From Bacteroides sp. (GTDB lineage Bacteria > Bacteroidota > Bacteroidia > Bacteroidales > Bacteroidaceae): a DNA stretch of 64,000 nt. How positions within the stretch are numbered: position 1 is the first letter of the stretch; each line of letters opens with the position of its first letter. The notes under the pieces are model-generated. The model was not told where the DNA came from, did no database searches, and saw nothing but the letters and a program-made list of their open reading frames with translations. Position numbers and translations under genes: made by a program. Of the stretch, positions 8,158 to 20,651 are shown in pieces. The stretch covers positions 27,386 through 91,385 of the forward strand of contig JASLIW010000053.1 in assembly GCA_030152865.1 (NCBI GenBank). The letters run 5' to 3'.

Positions 8158-8179
8158 GATATTTTTTAGGTGTTATATC

Positions 8180-8308
8180 CTACATGGAAGAAAAAGCTAT
8201 AATAAATACAATAGCTAAAAGTATGCATACAATAAAAATGGTTCTCATCACTTTTTTAGCCTGCATCTCTTCCTTACGTGCTCGCATGGCTTTTTTGTTC
8301 TTTCCCAT
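8180..8308 (-). CDS. Small 42-aa protein with basic N-terminus and one C-terminal transmembrane helix (not in the ORF track)
   Basis: Hand translation MGKNKKAMRARKEEMQAKKVMRTIFIVCILLAIVFIIAFSSM*. It fills the prfB-CYTH gap, has an A-rich upstream region and is followed by a terminator. Confidence 0.7.
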   Translation of the reverse strand: MGKNKKAMRARKEEMQAKKVMRTIFIVCILLAIVFIIAFSSM

Positions 8309-8393
8309 AGTCTATTATTTTAGATGTTTGCCTATTACAAAGTACTCTTTTTTTACTTTATAGGCAAGATTTTAAGCCAAACAAATAGTTCTA

Positions 8394-9510
8394 TTAGGCT
8401 AAGTCTGCAGCAAACTCCATGAGGTAGGACTTTATAAATTCATCGATATCACCATCCATCACTCCATTAACATCAGATGTTTGGTAGTTGGTACGGTGAT
8501 CCTTTACACGTCTATCGTCAAATACATAGCTTCGTATTTGTGAGCCCCACTCTATTTTCTTTTTATTGTCTTCGAGCTGACGCTGTGCTGCCAAACGCTT
8601 TTGAAGCTCTTTGTCGTAAAGTATAGAGCGCAACAAACGAATTGCATTTTCACGATTGTCTAGCTGTGAGCGGCTTTCTGTGTTTTCTACCAATATTTCC
8701 TCTTCTTCGCCAGTGTCTGGATCTTTGTATTGATAGCGTAGGCGTACTCCTGTTTCAACCTTATTGACATTCTGACCTCCTGCTCCTCCTGAACGGAATA
8801 AATCCCAGGACATGGCAGATGGGTCTAAGGTTACTTCTATCGATTCATCAACCAGTGGAGATACAAAGACTGAGGCAAATGAGGTCATTCGCTTTCCTTG
8901 TGCATTAAATGGAGATACACGTACTAAACGATGGACACCCGACTCTCCTTTTAAAAAGCCATAAGCATAGTCACCTTCTACTTGAATGGTACAGGTCTTG
9001 ATACCGGCCTCATCTCCTTCTTGAAGGGTAGATAATGTTACTTTGTAGTTGTGATCTTCTGCCCAGCGTAGATACAGTCTCATCAGCATAGATGCCCAAT
9101 CTTGGCTCTCTGTTCCGCCTGCACCTGAGTTTATCTTGAGCATACAACCTAACTGATCAGCCTCCTGACGAAGCATGTTTTTTAGTTCCAGGTCTTCAAC
9201 CGCTTTAAGGGCTTTGGCATAGAGCTTATCCACCTCTTCTTCGGTGACTAGTTCTTCTTTATAGAAATCAAATGAGAGTTGTAACTCTTCTGCTAAGGTG
9301 ACAGATTTCTCATAATCTTCAATCCAGTCTTTGATTCCTTTCACTAGTTTAAGCTGTGCTTGTGCCTCTTTGGGGTTGTCCCAAAAGTTTGGGTCCTGTG
9401 TACGTAGCTCTTCTTCTTCTAGTTCGACTTTCTTTTGGTCGATGTCAAAGATACCTCCTCAACGCTAAGGTGCGTTCTTGTATGTCTTTTAATTGTTCTA
9501 TTGTAATCAT
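8394..9510 (-). CDS. prfB: Peptide chain release factor 2, 371 aa via a programmed +1 frameshift
   Basis: ATG at 9510 opens 21 codons ending AGGAGG-TAT-CTT-TGA-C. The +1 frame continues DIDQKK...FWDNP into the ORF carrying SPF and GGQ. Confidence 0.97.
9444..9459 (-). other. prfB +1 frameshift cassette (internal SD plus CTT TGA C)
   Basis: Minus strand AGGAGG (9459-9454), TAT, then CTTTGAC (9450-9444). Confidence 0.95.
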
Positions 9511-9533
9511 AATTGATTATTTATATTTAGGTG

Positions 9534-9541
9534 CAAAGATA
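9534..9541 (-). promoter_or_regulatory. -7 promoter box of prfB
   Basis: TATCTTTG on the minus strand, 23 nt upstream of the ATG. Confidence 0.65.
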
Positions 9542-9584
9542 CTGTTTTTTCGTTTTTCTACAGAAAAGTGATCGAATATTATAT

Positions 9585-9625
9585 AAAAAACAAAGGGGAA
9601 GTATTACTACCTCCCCCTCGTTTTT
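9585..9625 (-). terminator. rpoC terminator
   Basis: Minus strand CGAGGGGGAGGTA-GTAA-TACTTCCCCTTTG followed by TTTTTT (stem includes G-U pairs). Confidence 0.8.
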
Positions 9626-9639
9626 GTGTATATATTAGG

Positions 9640-12600
9640 TTATTTTACCTCTTTATAGTCTGTTACTGTCTTCTTGTTGGCCAAAATACGTTCGTATTCT
9701 TCTTTCGATCCTACTACTATTTTTTGGAATTCACGTTGACCAGTACCAGCTGGGATTAAGTGACCACAGATCACGTTTTCTTTCATGCCTTCAAGCTCAT
9801 CAATCTTACCGTTGATAGCAGCTTCATTAAGAACCTTGGTTGTTTCCTGGAAGGATGCAGCCGACATAAAGCTCTTAGTTTGAAGTGCAGCACGAGTAAT
9901 ACCTTGTAGAATCTGAGTCGAAGTAGCAGGTACAGCATCGCGTACTGCCACAATCTTCAAGTCTCTACGTTTAAGCTTAGAGTTTTCGTCACGTAATCTT
10001 CTGGCTGTTACGATTTGACCCTTCTTCATGGTTTCAGAGTCACCCGCATCAGTTACAACTTTCTTACCCCAGATACGATCATTTTCTTCCATGAAATCAA
10101 TTTTATCAACGATTTCTTTTTGTAGGAAGTTAGTATCTCCTGCCTCATCAATTTGTACCTTACGCATCATCTGACGTACGATAATCTCAAAGTGTTTATC
10201 ATTGATCTTCACACCTTGTAGACGGTATACGTCTTGAACTTCGTTTACGATGTACTCTTGAACAGCAGTAGGTCCTTTAATTGCTAGGATATCTGAAGGA
10301 GTTGTTGCACCATCTGATAGTGGTGTACCTGCACGTACGTAGTCATTCTCTTGAACAAGAATTTGACGAGATAGAGGTACTAAGTATTTTCTAACTTCTC
10401 CTGTCTTGGTTGTAACAATAACCTCGCGGTTACCACGTTTGATCTTACCCATAGAAACCTGTCCATCAATTTCTGATACAACAGCTGGGTTGGATGGGTT
10501 ACGAGCTTCAAATAACTCAGTAACACGTGGAAGACCACCGGTAATATCACCTGCCTTACCGACAGCTCTAGGTATCTTAACAATGATCTCACCTGCTTGG
10601 ACTTTTGCATCATCTTCTACAGCGATGTGTCCGCCTACTGGCAAGTTATAGGTGCGTAATACCTCACCTGATTCATCAACCACATGAGCCGAAGGAATCT
10701 TCTTCTTATCTTTGGTTTCGATGATGATCACCTCACGAAGACCTGTAGCTTCATCAGCTTCAACTTTATAGGTGATACCTTCTACCATGTCTTCAAAGCG
10801 AATCTTACCAGTAGATTCAGTTATAATAACTGCGTTAAATGGATCCCATTTTGCAATTAGTGTATCCTTTTCTACTACATCACCGTCATCAGCATATAAG
10901 TAAGAACCATAAGGTACGTTGTGAGTAGAGAGTACAATACCTGTATTTACATCTACGAAACGAACTTCAGCAAGACGCCCTACGACTATCTTCACTTTTT
11001 CATCTAGTTCATTTACCGTATCTACAGTACGTAACTCTTCGAACTCTAAGCGTGATTTGTTCTTTGCTTTGATGGTTGCATTTGCAGCAATATTAGCAGC
11101 AGTACCCCCAGCATGGAACGTACGAAGTGTCAACTGCGTACCTGGCTCACCAATAGACTGAGCAGCTACTACACCAACAGCTTCACCTTTTTGAACCATG
11201 CGGTTCGTAGCAAGGTTACGACCATAACACTTAGCACAAACACCTTTCTTAGATTCGCAGGTAAGTACTGATCTAATCTCTACAGTCTCAATTGGAGAAT
11301 CTTCAATAGCTTGTGCTATCTCTTCTGTAATTTCCTCTCCTGAAGCTACGATAAGCTCTCCGGTTGATGGATTGATTACATCATGAACAGAAACACGTCC
11401 TAAGATTCTTTCGTATAGAGTAGCTATGACTTCATCATTATTCTTAAGTGCTGTACACTCAAGACCACGTAAAGTTCCACAGTCTTCTTCATGAATAATA
11501 ACATCGTGCGAAACGTCTACCAAACGACGTGTCAAGTAACCAGCATCAGCTGTCTTCAAGGCTGTATCAGCAAGACCTTTACGAGCACCGTGAGTAGAAA
11601 TAAAGTACTCAAGCACAGAAAGACCTTCCTTAAAGTTTGAAAGAATAGGGTTTTCAATAATTTGACCACCCTCAGCTCCAGCCTTTTGTGGTTTTGCCAT
11701 CAATCCACGCATACCTGATAACTGACGAATCTGTTCGCGAGAACCACGAGCTCCAGAATCAAGCATCATGTACACAGCATTAAAGCCTTGATCATCCGAT
11801 GAAATTGTTTTCATCAAGATATTTGATAGCTCTGAGTTGACATGTGTCCAAATATCAATTACTTGGTTGTAACGTTCGTTATTGGTAATGAAACCCATGT
11901 TGTAGTTGTTAAGCACTTGCTCAACCTCCTCATACCCCTTCTTGATGAGCTCATCTTTTTCTTTTGGTATGATAATATCATCAAGGTTAAATGACAGTCC
12001 ACCTTTGAATGCCATTTTGTATCCTAAGTTCTTAATACCATCCAAGAAGTCTGCTGTACGAGCTACACCACAAGTCTTGATTACACGACCAATAATATCA
12101 CGCAAAGATTTCTTAGATATTACGGTATTGATGTAACCTACCTCTTCTGGTACGATTTCATTTACAATAACACGTCCTACCGATGTTTCACGCATCATAG
12201 GTACGATATTTCCGTCTTCATCTAAGTCGGGTACAATCACCTTGATAGGAGCATGAATATCTACTCGTCCTTCATTGTATGCTATAGTTGCTTCTTCAGG
12301 ACCGTAGAAGGTTAAGCCTTCTCCCTTTGTACCTTTACGTAGCTTAGTGATGTAATACAGTCCTAATACCATATCCTGCGAAGGAACAGCAATAGGAGCA
12401 CCGTTAGCTGGGTTCAATATATTGTGAGCAGCCAACATCAATAGCTGGGCTTCTAATATCGCTTCGTTGCTTAAAGGTAAGTGTACAGCCATCTGGTCAC
12501 CGTCAAAGTCAGCATTAAACGCTGTACATGCTAGGGGATGTAACTGAATAGCTTTACCTTCAATCATTTTGGGTTGGAAAGCTTGAATACCTAAACGGTG

Positions 12601-13923
12601 AAGAGTTGGAGCACGGTTCAGAAGAACAGGGTGTCCTTTCATCACATGTTCAAGAATATCCCAAATAATAGGCTCTCTTCTATCTACGATTTTCTTAGCT
12701 GATTTCACTGTCTTCACTATACCTCGCTCTATAAGCTTACGGATAATGAAGGGTTTGAACAACTCTGCTGCCATCAACTTAGGGATACCACACTCGTGCA
12801 TTTTAAGCTCAGGACCTACAACGATCACCGAACGAGCCGAGTAGTCCACACGCTTACCAAGCAAGTTTTGACGGAAACGACCTTGCTTACCTTTCAAGCT
12901 ATCTGAAAGTGATTTTAAAGGACGATTTGCATCTGTTTTAACTGCGCTTGACTTACGAGAGTTGTCAAATAGAGAGTCAACAGACTCTTGAAGCATACGT
13001 TTTTCATTACGTAAAATAACTTCAGGGGCTTTAATCTCGATCAATCGCTTAAGACGGTTATTACGGATAATAACACGGCGATACAGGTCATTCAAATCTG
13101 AAGTAGCAAAACGACCACCATCCAATGGAACAAGAGGACGTAGCTCAGGTGGAATGACAGGAACAACCTTCATGATCATCCACTCAGGTTTGTTTCTACC
13201 ACGAGATGCACGGAAGGCTTCTACCACTTGAAGACGCTTGAGCGCTTCGTTTCTTCGTTGCTGAGAAGTATCGTTGTTTGCCTTGTCTCTCAACTCATAA
13301 GACAATTCATCTAATTTAATTCTTGACAACAAATCATGAACTGCTTCTGCACCCATTTTAGCAATGAACTTATTAGGATCAGAATCGTCCAAGTATTGGT
13401 TGTCTTCAGGAAGCTTCTCTAGGATATCTAGATATTCATCCTCTGTAATCAAATCAAATTCTTTAACATCGTCTTCTGCTTTTATTCCTGGCTGAATAAC
13501 AACATAACGCTCGTAATATATGATAGAATCAAGTTTCTTTGTTGGTAAGCCTAATAAATAACCAATTTTATTAGGTAGTGAACGGAAGTACCAAATATGA
13601 GCTACAGGCACAACTAAACCAATGTGTCCCATACGTTCGCGACGAACCTTTTTCTCTGTTACCTCAACACCACAACGGTCACAAACTATACCCTTATAAC
13701 GGATACGCTTATACTTACCGCAATGACATTCGTAATCCTTCACAGGACCAAAAATACGTTCACAGAATAAACCATCTCGCTCTGGTTTGTATGTACGATA
13801 GTTGATGGTTTCAGGCTTTAAAACTTCACCACTCGAATTTTCAAGGATCTCTTCAGGAGAAGCCAATCCAATTGAGATTTTCGAGAAATTACTTCTAATT
13901 TTATTCTCTTTTCTAAAAGCCAT
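9640..13923 (-). CDS. rpoC: RNA polymerase beta' subunit
   Basis: NADFDGD catalytic motif, N-terminal zinc finger, 1427 aa. Confidence 0.99.
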   Translation of the reverse strand: MAFRKENKIRSNFSKISIGLASPEEILENSSGEVLKPETINYRTYKPERDGLFCERIFGPVKDYECHCGKYKRIRYKGIVCDRCGVEVTEKKVRRERMGHIGLVVPVAHIWYFRSLPNKIGYLLGLPTKKLDSIIYYERYVVIQPGIKAEDDVKEFDLITEDEYLDILEKLPEDNQYLDDSDPNKFIAKMGAEAVHDLLSRIKLDELSYELRDKANNDTSQQRRNEALKRLQVVEAFRASRGRNKPEWMIMKVVPVIPPELRPLVPLDGGRFATSDLNDLYRRVIIRNNRLKRLIEIKAPEVILRNEKRMLQESVDSLFDNSRKSSAVKTDANRPLKSLSDSLKGKQGRFRQNLLGKRVDYSARSVIVVGPELKMHECGIPKLMAAELFKPFIIRKLIERGIVKTVKSAKKIVDRREPIIWDILEHVMKGHPVLLNRAPTLHRLGIQAFQPKMIEGKAIQLHPLACTAFNADFDGDQMAVHLPLSNEAILEAQLLMLAAHNILNPANGAPIAVPSQDMVLGLYYITKLRKGTKGEGLTFYGPEEATIAYNEGRVDIHAPIKVIVPDLDEDGNIVPMMRETSVGRVIVNEIVPEEVGYINTVISKKSLRDIIGRVIKTCGVARTADFLDGIKNLGYKMAFKGGLSFNLDDIIIPKEKDELIKKGYEEVEQVLNNYNMGFITNNERYNQVIDIWTHVNSELSNILMKTISSDDQGFNAVYMMLDSGARGSREQIRQLSGMRGLMAKPQKAGAEGGQIIENPILSNFKEGLSVLEYFISTHGARKGLADTALKTADAGYLTRRLVDVSHDVIIHEEDCGTLRGLECTALKNNDEVIATLYERILGRVSVHDVINPSTGELIVASGEEITEEIAQAIEDSPIETVEIRSVLTCESKKGVCAKCYGRNLATNRMVQKGEAVGVVAAQSIGEPGTQLTLRTFHAGGTAANIAANATIKAKNKSRLEFEELRTVDTVNELDEKVKIVVGRLAEVRFVDVNTGIVLSTHNVPYGSYLYADDGDVVEKDTLIAKWDPFNAVIITESTGKIRFEDMVEGITYKVEADEATGLREVIIIETKDKKKIPSAHVVDESGEVLRTYNLPVGGHIAVEDDAKVQAGEIIVKIPRAVGKAGDITGGLPRVTELFEARNPSNPAVVSEIDGQVSMGKIKRGNREVIVTTKTGEVRKYLVPLSRQILVQENDYVRAGTPLSDGATTPSDILAIKGPTAVQEYIVNEVQDVYRLQGVKINDKHFEIIVRQMMRKVQIDEAGDTNFLQKEIVDKIDFMEENDRIWGKKVVTDAGDSETMKKGQIVTARRLRDENSKLKRRDLKIVAVRDAVPATSTQILQGITRAALQTKSFMSAASFQETTKVLNEAAINGKIDELEGMKENVICGHLIPAGTGQREFQKIVVGSKEEYERILANKKTVTDYKEVK

Positions 13924-14003
13924 ATGAATTATATTATTGAAAATTATGAACTAGATAAAACGAAGGGAGAGCAAAAGCTAGCTCCCTTCAAGATTATAGA
14001 ATA

Positions 14004-17000
14004 TTACTCAAGATGAACACTAAGGCCTAGACCTCTAAGTTCGTGGAGCAATACGTTAAGAGATTCTGGTATTCCTGGTTCTGGCATTGGATCACCCTTA
14101 ACAATCGCTTCATATGCACGAGATCTACCAATAACGTCATCAGACTTAATAGTGAGAATCTCTTGTAGAATATGAGCTGCGCCAAAGGCCTCTAGTGCCC
14201 AAACCTCCATCTCTCCAAAACGCTGACCACCAAACTGAGCCTTACCTCCAAGTGGTTGCTGAGTAATCAGTGAGTATGGCCCAATAGAACGCGCGTGCAT
14301 TTTATCTTCAACCATATGACCTAACTTCAACATGTAAGTAACCCCTACTGTTGCTGGCTGGTCAAAGCGCTCACCTGTACCTCCGTCATAGAGATAAGTT
14401 TTACCATAGCGTGGTAATCCTGCTTTATCTGTCCATTCACAAATATCTTCTAAAGTGGCACCATCAAAAATAGGAGTTGCAAATTTAGTTCCTAATTTCT
14501 TTCCGGCATATCCTAAAACAGCTTCAAATATCTGTCCGAGGTTCATACGTGATGGCACACCTAGAGGGTTTAGAACGATATCTACTGGAGTTCCGTCTTC
14601 CAAGAATGGCATATCTTCATCACGAACAATACGAGATACAATACCCTTATTACCGTGACGTCCTGCCATCTTATCTCCCACACCAATTTTACGTTTCTTA
14701 GCTATTACTACTTTGGCCATCTGAATAATACCTGCTGGTAGTTCATCACCAATAGTTATAGCAAATTTTCTGCGTTTCAATTCAGCATCTAATTCTTTGA
14801 ATTTCTTTAAGTAATTTAGAATTAGCTCACGAATTAAGACATTGGTATGCTCATCTTCTGTCCAGTTGATTAATTCAACTCCCTCAAAATCTAAGTTTGC
14901 AAAATCTGCAGCTGTAAACTGAGTTCCTTTAGGTATTACTTCTACCTCTAAGAAGTCTTTTACTCCAGCAGAAGTATGTCCCTCTGTTAGCTTAATTAAC
15001 TTCTTAATAAGAATTGCTCTAATCTCATCAAACTGCTCTTGGTATTCTTCGTCAATCTTTGCTAAGACGGCCTTGTCAGCTTTCTTAGATCCACGACTCT
15101 TCATTACTCGTGAGAATAATTTTTTGTCGATAACCACACCACTTAGTGATGGTGAAGCTTTTAAAGAAGCATCTTTTACATCACCAGCCTTATCACCAAA
15201 GATAGCGCGAAGTAGTTTTTCTTCAGGAGAAGGATCTGACTCACCTTTCGGTGTAATCTTACCAATCATGATATCTCCTGGTTTGATGCGAGCACCAATA
15301 CGAACAATACCATTTTCGTCTAGGTCCTTAGTAGCCTCTTCAGAAACATTAGGAATGTCAGAGGTTAACTCCTCCATACCACGCTTTGTTTCACGAACCT
15401 CTAAGGTATATTCTTCTACGTGAACAGAAGTCAGAACATCTTCTCTAACAATTCGCTCACTTAGAACAATCGCATCCTCATAGTTGTATCCCTTCCATGG
15501 CATGTATGCCACAACAAGGTTTTTACCTAAGGCTAACTCACCATCTTCTGTAGAGTAACCCTCTGTAAGGACCTCACCTTTTGTAACACGTTGACCAACC
15601 TCACAAATAGGACGCAAGTCTATCGTCATACTTTGGTTAGTCTTACGATACTTAGGTAAGTAGTATTTTTTAAGCGCTGGCTCGAAGCTTACAAATTCCT
15701 CTTCTTCTGAGCGATCGTAAAGTACATGAATTTCTCTTGCATCAACAAACTCGATAACACCATCGCCTTCAGCAGCAATTTGTGTTCTTGAATCTGTTAC
15801 AAGCTGTCTTTCAATACCTGTACCAACGATTGGCGCATCACTCTTGATTAATGGAACTGCCTGACGCATCATGTTTGAACCCATCAGAGCACGGTTCGCA
15901 TCATCATTCTCTAGGAATGGAATTAAGGCTGCAGCAATAGAGGCAATCTGCTGAGGAGCAACGTCCATTAAATCAACCTCACTTGGCTCAACTACTGGAT
16001 AGTCAGCCTCTAGACGTGACTTAATACGGTCATTCACAAAGTGTCCCTTCTCATCAAGTGGGGCATTACCTTGCGCAATTATTTTATTCTCTTCTTCTTC
16101 AGCAGAAAGGAATACAACCCCATTTTCAGAGACATCAACCACACCGTCTTCTACCTTACGATAAGGTGTTTCAATAAAACCTAGGTCATTAATCTTGGCA
16201 TATACACACAAAGAAGAGATCAAACCAATATTTGGACCTTCTGGAGTCTCAATAGGGCAGAGTCGACCATAGTGTGTGTAGTGAACGTCACGAACCTCAA
16301 AACCAGCTCTCTCTCTAGAAAGACCACCTGGCCCTAAGGCAGACATACGACGCTTATGAGTTATCTCAGATAGTGGATTCGTTTGATCCATAAACTGAGA
16401 CAAAGCATTCGTACCAAAGAATGAGTTAATAACAGAAGAAATCGTCTTGGCGTTGATCAGGTCTACCGGTGTAAACACCTCATTGTCACGTACGTTCATT
16501 CTCTCGCGAATAGTACGAGCCATACGAGATAAACCAATAGAGAACTGATTAGATAACTGCTCTCCAACAGTTCTAACTCGACGATTACTTAAGTGGTCAA
16601 TATCGTCAACAATTGTTTTAGAGTTGATTAACTCGATTAGATATTTGATGATCTCAATAATATCTTCTTTAGTTAATACTTTAACCTCCATGTCAGTTTC
16701 TAGATTCAACTTCTTGTTGATTCTATAACGACCAACAGTTCCTAAATCATAGCGCTTTTCAGAGAAGAATAAGTTGTTAATTACTTCTCTTGCACTAGAT
16801 TCATCTGCTGGGTCTGCATTACGCAGCTGACGATAAATATACAATACAGCTTCATTCTCAGAGTTACTTGGGTCTTTTTGAAGCGTATTATAAATGATAG
16901 AATAATCTGTCTGGTTCACATCTTCTTTGTGTAAAAGAATATGCGAAACCCCAGAGTCTAAGATTAGTTCAACATGTTCTGGTTCGATGATAGTTTCACG

Positions 17001-17816
17001 ATCAATAATAACATCATTACGTTCTATTGATACAACTTCACCAGTATCTTCATCGACGAAATCTTCATTCCATGATTTAAGTACACGTGCAGCTAATTTA
17101 CGACCAACCGCTTTTTTCAAGTTAGTCTTATTCACTTTAACTTCCTCAGCTAGGTTGAATATTTCGAGGATATCTTTATCGCTCTCAAAACCTATTGCAC
17201 GCAATAAGGTAGTTACAGGTAATTTCTTTTTACGATCAATATATGCGAACATCACATTATTGATATCGGTAGCAAACTCAATCCAAGACCCTTTGAACGG
17301 AATAATACGTGCTGAGTACAACTTGGTACCATTAGCATGCGTACTCTGACCAAAGAACACACCAGGTGATCTGTGCAACTGTGAAACAATTACACGCTCA
17401 GCTCCATTAATGACAAATGTAGCCTTATCGGTCATATAAGGTATAGGCCCTAAAAATACATCTTGAATAACCGTATCAAAATCCTCATGTTCTGGATCGG
17501 TACAATATAACTTTAGTTTAGCCTTTAAAGGAACACTATAAGTCAAACCACGTTCAAGACACTCTTCAATTGAATAACGAGGAGGATCAATATAATAGTC
17601 TAAAAACTCAAGAACGAAGTTGTTTCTTGTATCTGTGATAGGAAAGTTTTCAGCAAAAACTTTATACAAGCCCTCATTCTTACGCTTTTCAGGGGGAGTA
17701 TCAAGCTGTAAGAAGTCATGAAATGACTTAAGTTGCACATCTAAGAAATCTGGATACTTAAGAGGTTTCTTAATTGTGGCAAAATTAATTCTTTTATTTA
17801 CAGTATGTGAAGACAT
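14004..17816 (-). CDS. rpoB: RNA polymerase beta subunit
   Basis: [21 protein letters not shown] and SQFMDQTNP motifs. Confidence 0.99.
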   Translation of the reverse strand: MSSHTVNKRINFATIKKPLKYPDFLDVQLKSFHDFLQLDTPPEKRKNEGLYKVFAENFPITDTRNNFVLEFLDYYIDPPRYSIEECLERGLTYSVPLKAKLKLYCTDPEHEDFDTVIQDVFLGPIPYMTDKATFVINGAERVIVSQLHRSPGVFFGQSTHANGTKLYSARIIPFKGSWIEFATDINNVMFAYIDRKKKLPVTTLLRAIGFESDKDILEIFNLAEEVKVNKTNLKKAVGRKLAARVLKSWNEDFVDEDTGEVVSIERNDVIIDRETIIEPEHVELILDSGVSHILLHKEDVNQTDYSIIYNTLQKDPSNSENEAVLYIYRQLRNADPADESSAREVINNLFFSEKRYDLGTVGRYRINKKLNLETDMEVKVLTKEDIIEIIKYLIELINSKTIVDDIDHLSNRRVRTVGEQLSNQFSIGLSRMARTIRERMNVRDNEVFTPVDLINAKTISSVINSFFGTNALSQFMDQTNPLSEITHKRRMSALGPGGLSRERAGFEVRDVHYTHYGRLCPIETPEGPNIGLISSLCVYAKINDLGFIETPYRKVEDGVVDVSENGVVFLSAEEEENKIIAQGNAPLDEKGHFVNDRIKSRLEADYPVVEPSEVDLMDVAPQQIASIAAALIPFLENDDANRALMGSNMMRQAVPLIKSDAPIVGTGIERQLVTDSRTQIAAEGDGVIEFVDAREIHVLYDRSEEEEFVSFEPALKKYYLPKYRKTNQSMTIDLRPICEVGQRVTKGEVLTEGYSTEDGELALGKNLVVAYMPWKGYNYEDAIVLSERIVREDVLTSVHVEEYTLEVRETKRGMEELTSDIPNVSEEATKDLDENGIVRIGARIKPGDIMIGKITPKGESDPSPEEKLLRAIFGDKAGDVKDASLKASPSLSGVVIDKKLFSRVMKSRGSKKADKAVLAKIDEEYQEQFDEIRAILIKKLIKLTEGHTSAGVKDFLEVEVIPKGTQFTAADFANLDFEGVELINWTEDEHTNVLIRELILNYLKKFKELDAELKRRKFAITIGDELPAGIIQMAKVVIAKKRKIGVGDKMAGRHGNKGIVSRIVRDEDMPFLEDGTPVDIVLNPLGVPSRMNLGQIFEAVLGYAGKKLGTKFATPIFDGATLEDICEWTDKAGLPRYGKTYLYDGGTGERFDQPATVGVTYMLKLGHMVEDKMHARSIGPYSLITQQPLGGKAQFGGQRFGEMEVWALEAFGAAHILQEILTIKSDDVIGRSRAYEAIVKGDPMPEPGIPESLNVLLHELRGLGLSVHLE

Positions 17817-17857
17817 CGATTGTTGAATTTGAAGAACTTAATATTAAATATATACAC

Positions 17858-17896
17858 AAAAAGGTTAAGAACCCTAGTAATCTAAGGTTCTTAACC
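17858..17896 (-). terminator. rplL-rpoB intergenic terminator/attenuator
   Basis: GGTTAAGAACC...GGTTCTTAACC stem followed by TTTTT on the minus strand. Confidence 0.75.
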
Positions 17897-17924
17897 GCAG
17901 TTTTACCTGTTAAACAGGATAAAA

Positions 17925-18296
17925 TTATTTAAGTTCAACTTCAGCTCCAGCTTCTTCTAATTCTTTTTTCAATGATTCTGCTTCGTCTTTAGCTAAACCT
18001 TCTTTAACAACGCTTGGTACGTTATCAACTAGATCTTTTGCTTCTTTCAAGCCTAGACCACAAACGTCTTTAACAGCCTTAACTACTTTTAGTTTTGCTG
18101 AGCCTGCGCTCGTTACAACAACATCAAATGATGTTTTTTCTTCTTCAGCTTCACCAGCTGCAGCAGGACCAGCTACAGCAACAGCTGCAGCTGCAGGTTC
18201 GATACCATATTCTTCCTTAAGGATAGTTGCAAGTTCATTAACTTCTTTTACTGATAAGTTAACTAGTTCTTCTGCAAAAGCTTTCAAATCTGCCAT
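17925..18296 (-). CDS. rplL: 50S ribosomal protein bL12 (L7/L12)
   Basis: Ala-rich hinge, [11 protein letters not shown] motif, operon position. Confidence 0.99.
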   Translation of the reverse strand: MADLKAFAEELVNLSVKEVNELATILKEEYGIEPAAAAVAVAGPAAAGEAEEEKTSFDVVVTSAGSAKLKVVKAVKDVCGLGLKEAKDLVDNVPSVVKEGLAKDEAESLKKELEEAGAEVELK

Positions 18297-18341
18297 TTTC
18301 GTATTTTTTTATTTGTTTATTTACTTATTTATTTGGTATAG

Positions 18342-18863
18342 TTATTTCTTTTCACCTAGAGTTTTTAGTACTCCGTGAAGGGTGTCTCCACCTGATTTAA
18401 GAGCTGAGATAACATTCTTGGCTGGAGATTGTAGCAAAGCAACAATATCTGCAATAACCTCATCCTTACTCTTAATGCTAACTAAAGCTTCTAGATGCTC
18501 TGCACCTACATAGAAGCTTTCTTCTGCGTATGCAGCTTTAAGGGCTGGAATACCTTTTTTCTTACCTTTTTCTTTGATAAGTTTAGCAGGCATGCTAGCT
18601 GTATTTGATAGCATAAGGGCTGTTGTTCCCTTCAAAGTATCAAATAGAGGACTATAATCTATCCCCTCAATTCTTGCAAATGCTTGCTTTAAAAGGCTAT
18701 TCTTAGCAACAATCAACTTAACTTCTTTCTTGAAACAAGTTCTTCTTAAGTCACTAGTTTCTACAGAATTCATTGAAGCTGTATCTACTAAGTATAAGTG
18801 CTCGTATTCTTGAATAGCAGAAGCAAGTTGCTCTATAATAATTCCTTTATCTTCCTTTCTCAT
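18342..18863 (-). CDS. rplJ: 50S ribosomal protein uL10
   Basis: LRR...VAKNSL motif, position between rplA and rplL. Confidence 0.97.
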   Translation of the reverse strand: MRKEDKGIIIEQLASAIQEYEHLYLVDTASMNSVETSDLRRTCFKKEVKLIVAKNSLLKQAFARIEGIDYSPLFDTLKGTTALMLSNTASMPAKLIKEKGKKKGIPALKAAYAEESFYVGAEHLEALVSIKSKDEVIADIVALLQSPAKNVISALKSGGDTLHGVLKTLGEKK

Positions 18864-19576
18864 TATTCTTCAAATTTAAAGATTTCAGCGATTGATTTAG
18901 GATCAATTTTGATACCCTTACTCATTGTGCTAGAAAGATAAATGCTCTTTAAATACGTTCCTTTAGCTGCAGTAGGTTTCATTTTAACAAGAGTCAATAC
19001 GAATTCTTTTGCGTTTTCGTAAATCTGCTTTGAAGTAAATGAAACTTTACCTATTGAAGTATGAACGATACCAGTTTTATCAACACGGAAATCGATTTTA
19101 CCCTGTTTTACCTCTTTAACAGCCTTAGCAACATCCATTGTCACAGTTCCACTCTTAGGGTTAGGCATTAAACCTCTTGGTCCTAGAACTCTACCTAGAG
19201 CACCAATTTTACCCATGATTGATGGCATAGTAATGATTACGTCGATATCGGTCCAACCGCCTTTAATTTTTTCGATATATTCATCAAGACCAACGTAGTC
19301 TGCACCAGCCTCTTTAGCAGCCTCTTCCATGTCTGGAGTACAAAGTACTAAGACACGAACTTGCTTACCTGTTCCATGAGGCAAAGATACAACACCTCTT
19401 ACCATTTGGTTCGCTTTACGTGGATCAACACCTAAACGCACATCAATATCTACAGAAGCATCAAATTTAGTAAAAGTAACTTCCTTTACTAGGTTAGCTG
19501 CTTCTTTAAGAGAGTATGTTTTCCCTGCTTCAATTTTTTCAGCTGCCAATTTTTGATTTTTTGTCAGTTTTCCCAT
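18863..19576 (-). CDS. rplA: 50S ribosomal protein uL1
   Basis: KFDASVD, LPHGTGK and [11 protein letters not shown] motifs. Confidence 0.99.
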   Translation of the reverse strand: MGKLTKNQKLAAEKIEAGKTYSLKEAANLVKEVTFTKFDASVDIDVRLGVDPRKANQMVRGVVSLPHGTGKQVRVLVLCTPDMEEAAKEAGADYVGLDEYIEKIKGGWTDIDVIITMPSIMGKIGALGRVLGPRGLMPNPKSGTVTMDVAKAVKEVKQGKIDFRVDKTGIVHTSIGKVSFTSKQIYENAKEFVLTLVKMKPTAAKGTYLKSIYLSSTMSKGIKIDPKSIAEIFKFEE

Positions 19577-19590
19577 TATAATTGAAGTTT

Positions 19591-20034
19591 TTAATTGTTA
19601 GTGGGGAATTCCCCTTTAACAGAGATACCCATACTTCTAGCAGTTCCTGCAACCATTTTCATGGCTGATTCAACTGTAAAGCAATTTAAATCTACCATTT
19701 TGTCTTGTGCAATTTGTTCAACTTGAGCCCAAGTCATTGCAGCCACTTTCTTACGGTTAGGTTCAGCTGAACCTTTCTTAGCTTTTGTTAGTTCTAAGAT
19801 TTGCACCGCTACAGGTGGAGTCTTAATGATAAAATCAAAAGACTTATCTGTATAGTAAGTGATGATAACTGGCAATACTTTACCAGCCTTGTCTTGAGTT
19901 CTGGCGTTGAATTGCTTACAAAACTCCATGATATTAATTCCCTTAGCACCTAAGGCAGGTCCAACGGGAGGTGATGGGTTTGCTGCGCCTCCTTTAATCT
20001 GTAACTTGATTAATCCAGCAATTTCTTTAGCCAT
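19591..20034 (-). CDS. rplK: 50S ribosomal protein uL11
   Basis: [12 protein letters not shown] and GTARSMG motifs. Confidence 0.99.
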   Translation of the reverse strand: MAKEIAGLIKLQIKGGAANPSPPVGPALGAKGINIMEFCKQFNARTQDKAGKVLPVIITYYTDKSFDFIIKTPPVAVQILELTKAKKGSAEPNRKKVAAMTWAQVEQIAQDKMVDLNCFTVESAMKMVAGTARSMGISVKGEFPTNN

Positions 20035-20089
20035 TGTTTTTATAATTAATTTAATTGATTAAAAAAAGAGATAAAAGCGTAACAACTAA

Positions 20090-20632
20090 TTACTCTTTTT
20101 CTACTTGCATAAAGCCAAGCTCTAATGGTGTTTTACGACCAAAGATCTTAACCATTACCTTAAGTTTCTTCTTATCCTTATCAACTTCTTCTACTGTACC
20201 AGTAAATCCACTGAAAGGACCAGCATTAACTTTTACAGTGTCTCCTACAAGATATGGGATAGCCATTTCTACCTCAGCTTCTTGGAGTTCATCCACTGTA
20301 CCAAGTATACGGTTGATTTCTGATTGCCTCAAAGGTGTAGGGTTATCCATTCCACCTAAAAAGCCAATAACATCAGGAGTGTTTCGTATCAAGTGAGGTA
20401 TTTCACCCACTAGATTTGCTTCTACCAAGATATAGCCTGGTAAGTAGTTTTTCTCTTTGATAACACGCTTACCATTTTTTATTTCGGCTATCTTTTCAGT
20501 AGGGATCAAAACCTGAGATAAATAGTCTCCAAAGGAGCCATGTTTAATTTCAGCTTCAAGATACTCTTTAATCTTAGCTTCTTTTCCGCTTATAGCACGT
20601 AGTACGTACCATTTGTTTTGGTTCTCAGCCAT
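20090..20632 (-). CDS. nusG: Transcription elongation factor NusG
   Basis: WYVL...SGKE, PGYILV, KOW motif GPFSGF, IFGRKTP. Confidence 0.98.
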   Translation of the reverse strand: MAENQNKWYVLRAISGKEAKIKEYLEAEIKHGSFGDYLSQVLIPTEKIAEIKNGKRVIKEKNYLPGYILVEANLVGEIPHLIRNTPDVIGFLGGMDNPTPLRQSEINRILGTVDELQEAEVEMAIPYLVGDTVKVNAGPFSGFTGTVEEVDKDKKKLKVMVKIFGRKTPLELGFMQVEKE

Positions 20633-20651
20633 TTAAAACCTTCCTTTTTTA

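Noticed and set aside
8394..9510. prfB as a frameshifted pseudogene
   Set aside because: The break is the canonical programmed CTT-TGA-C site with an upstream SD.
9356..9759. Two short plus-strand ORFs (9356-9571, 9568-9759)
   Set aside because: They are antisense to the prfB 5' end, the rpoC terminator and the rpoC 3' end, and have no recognisable motifs. The same applies to the many other short ORFs nested in long genes.
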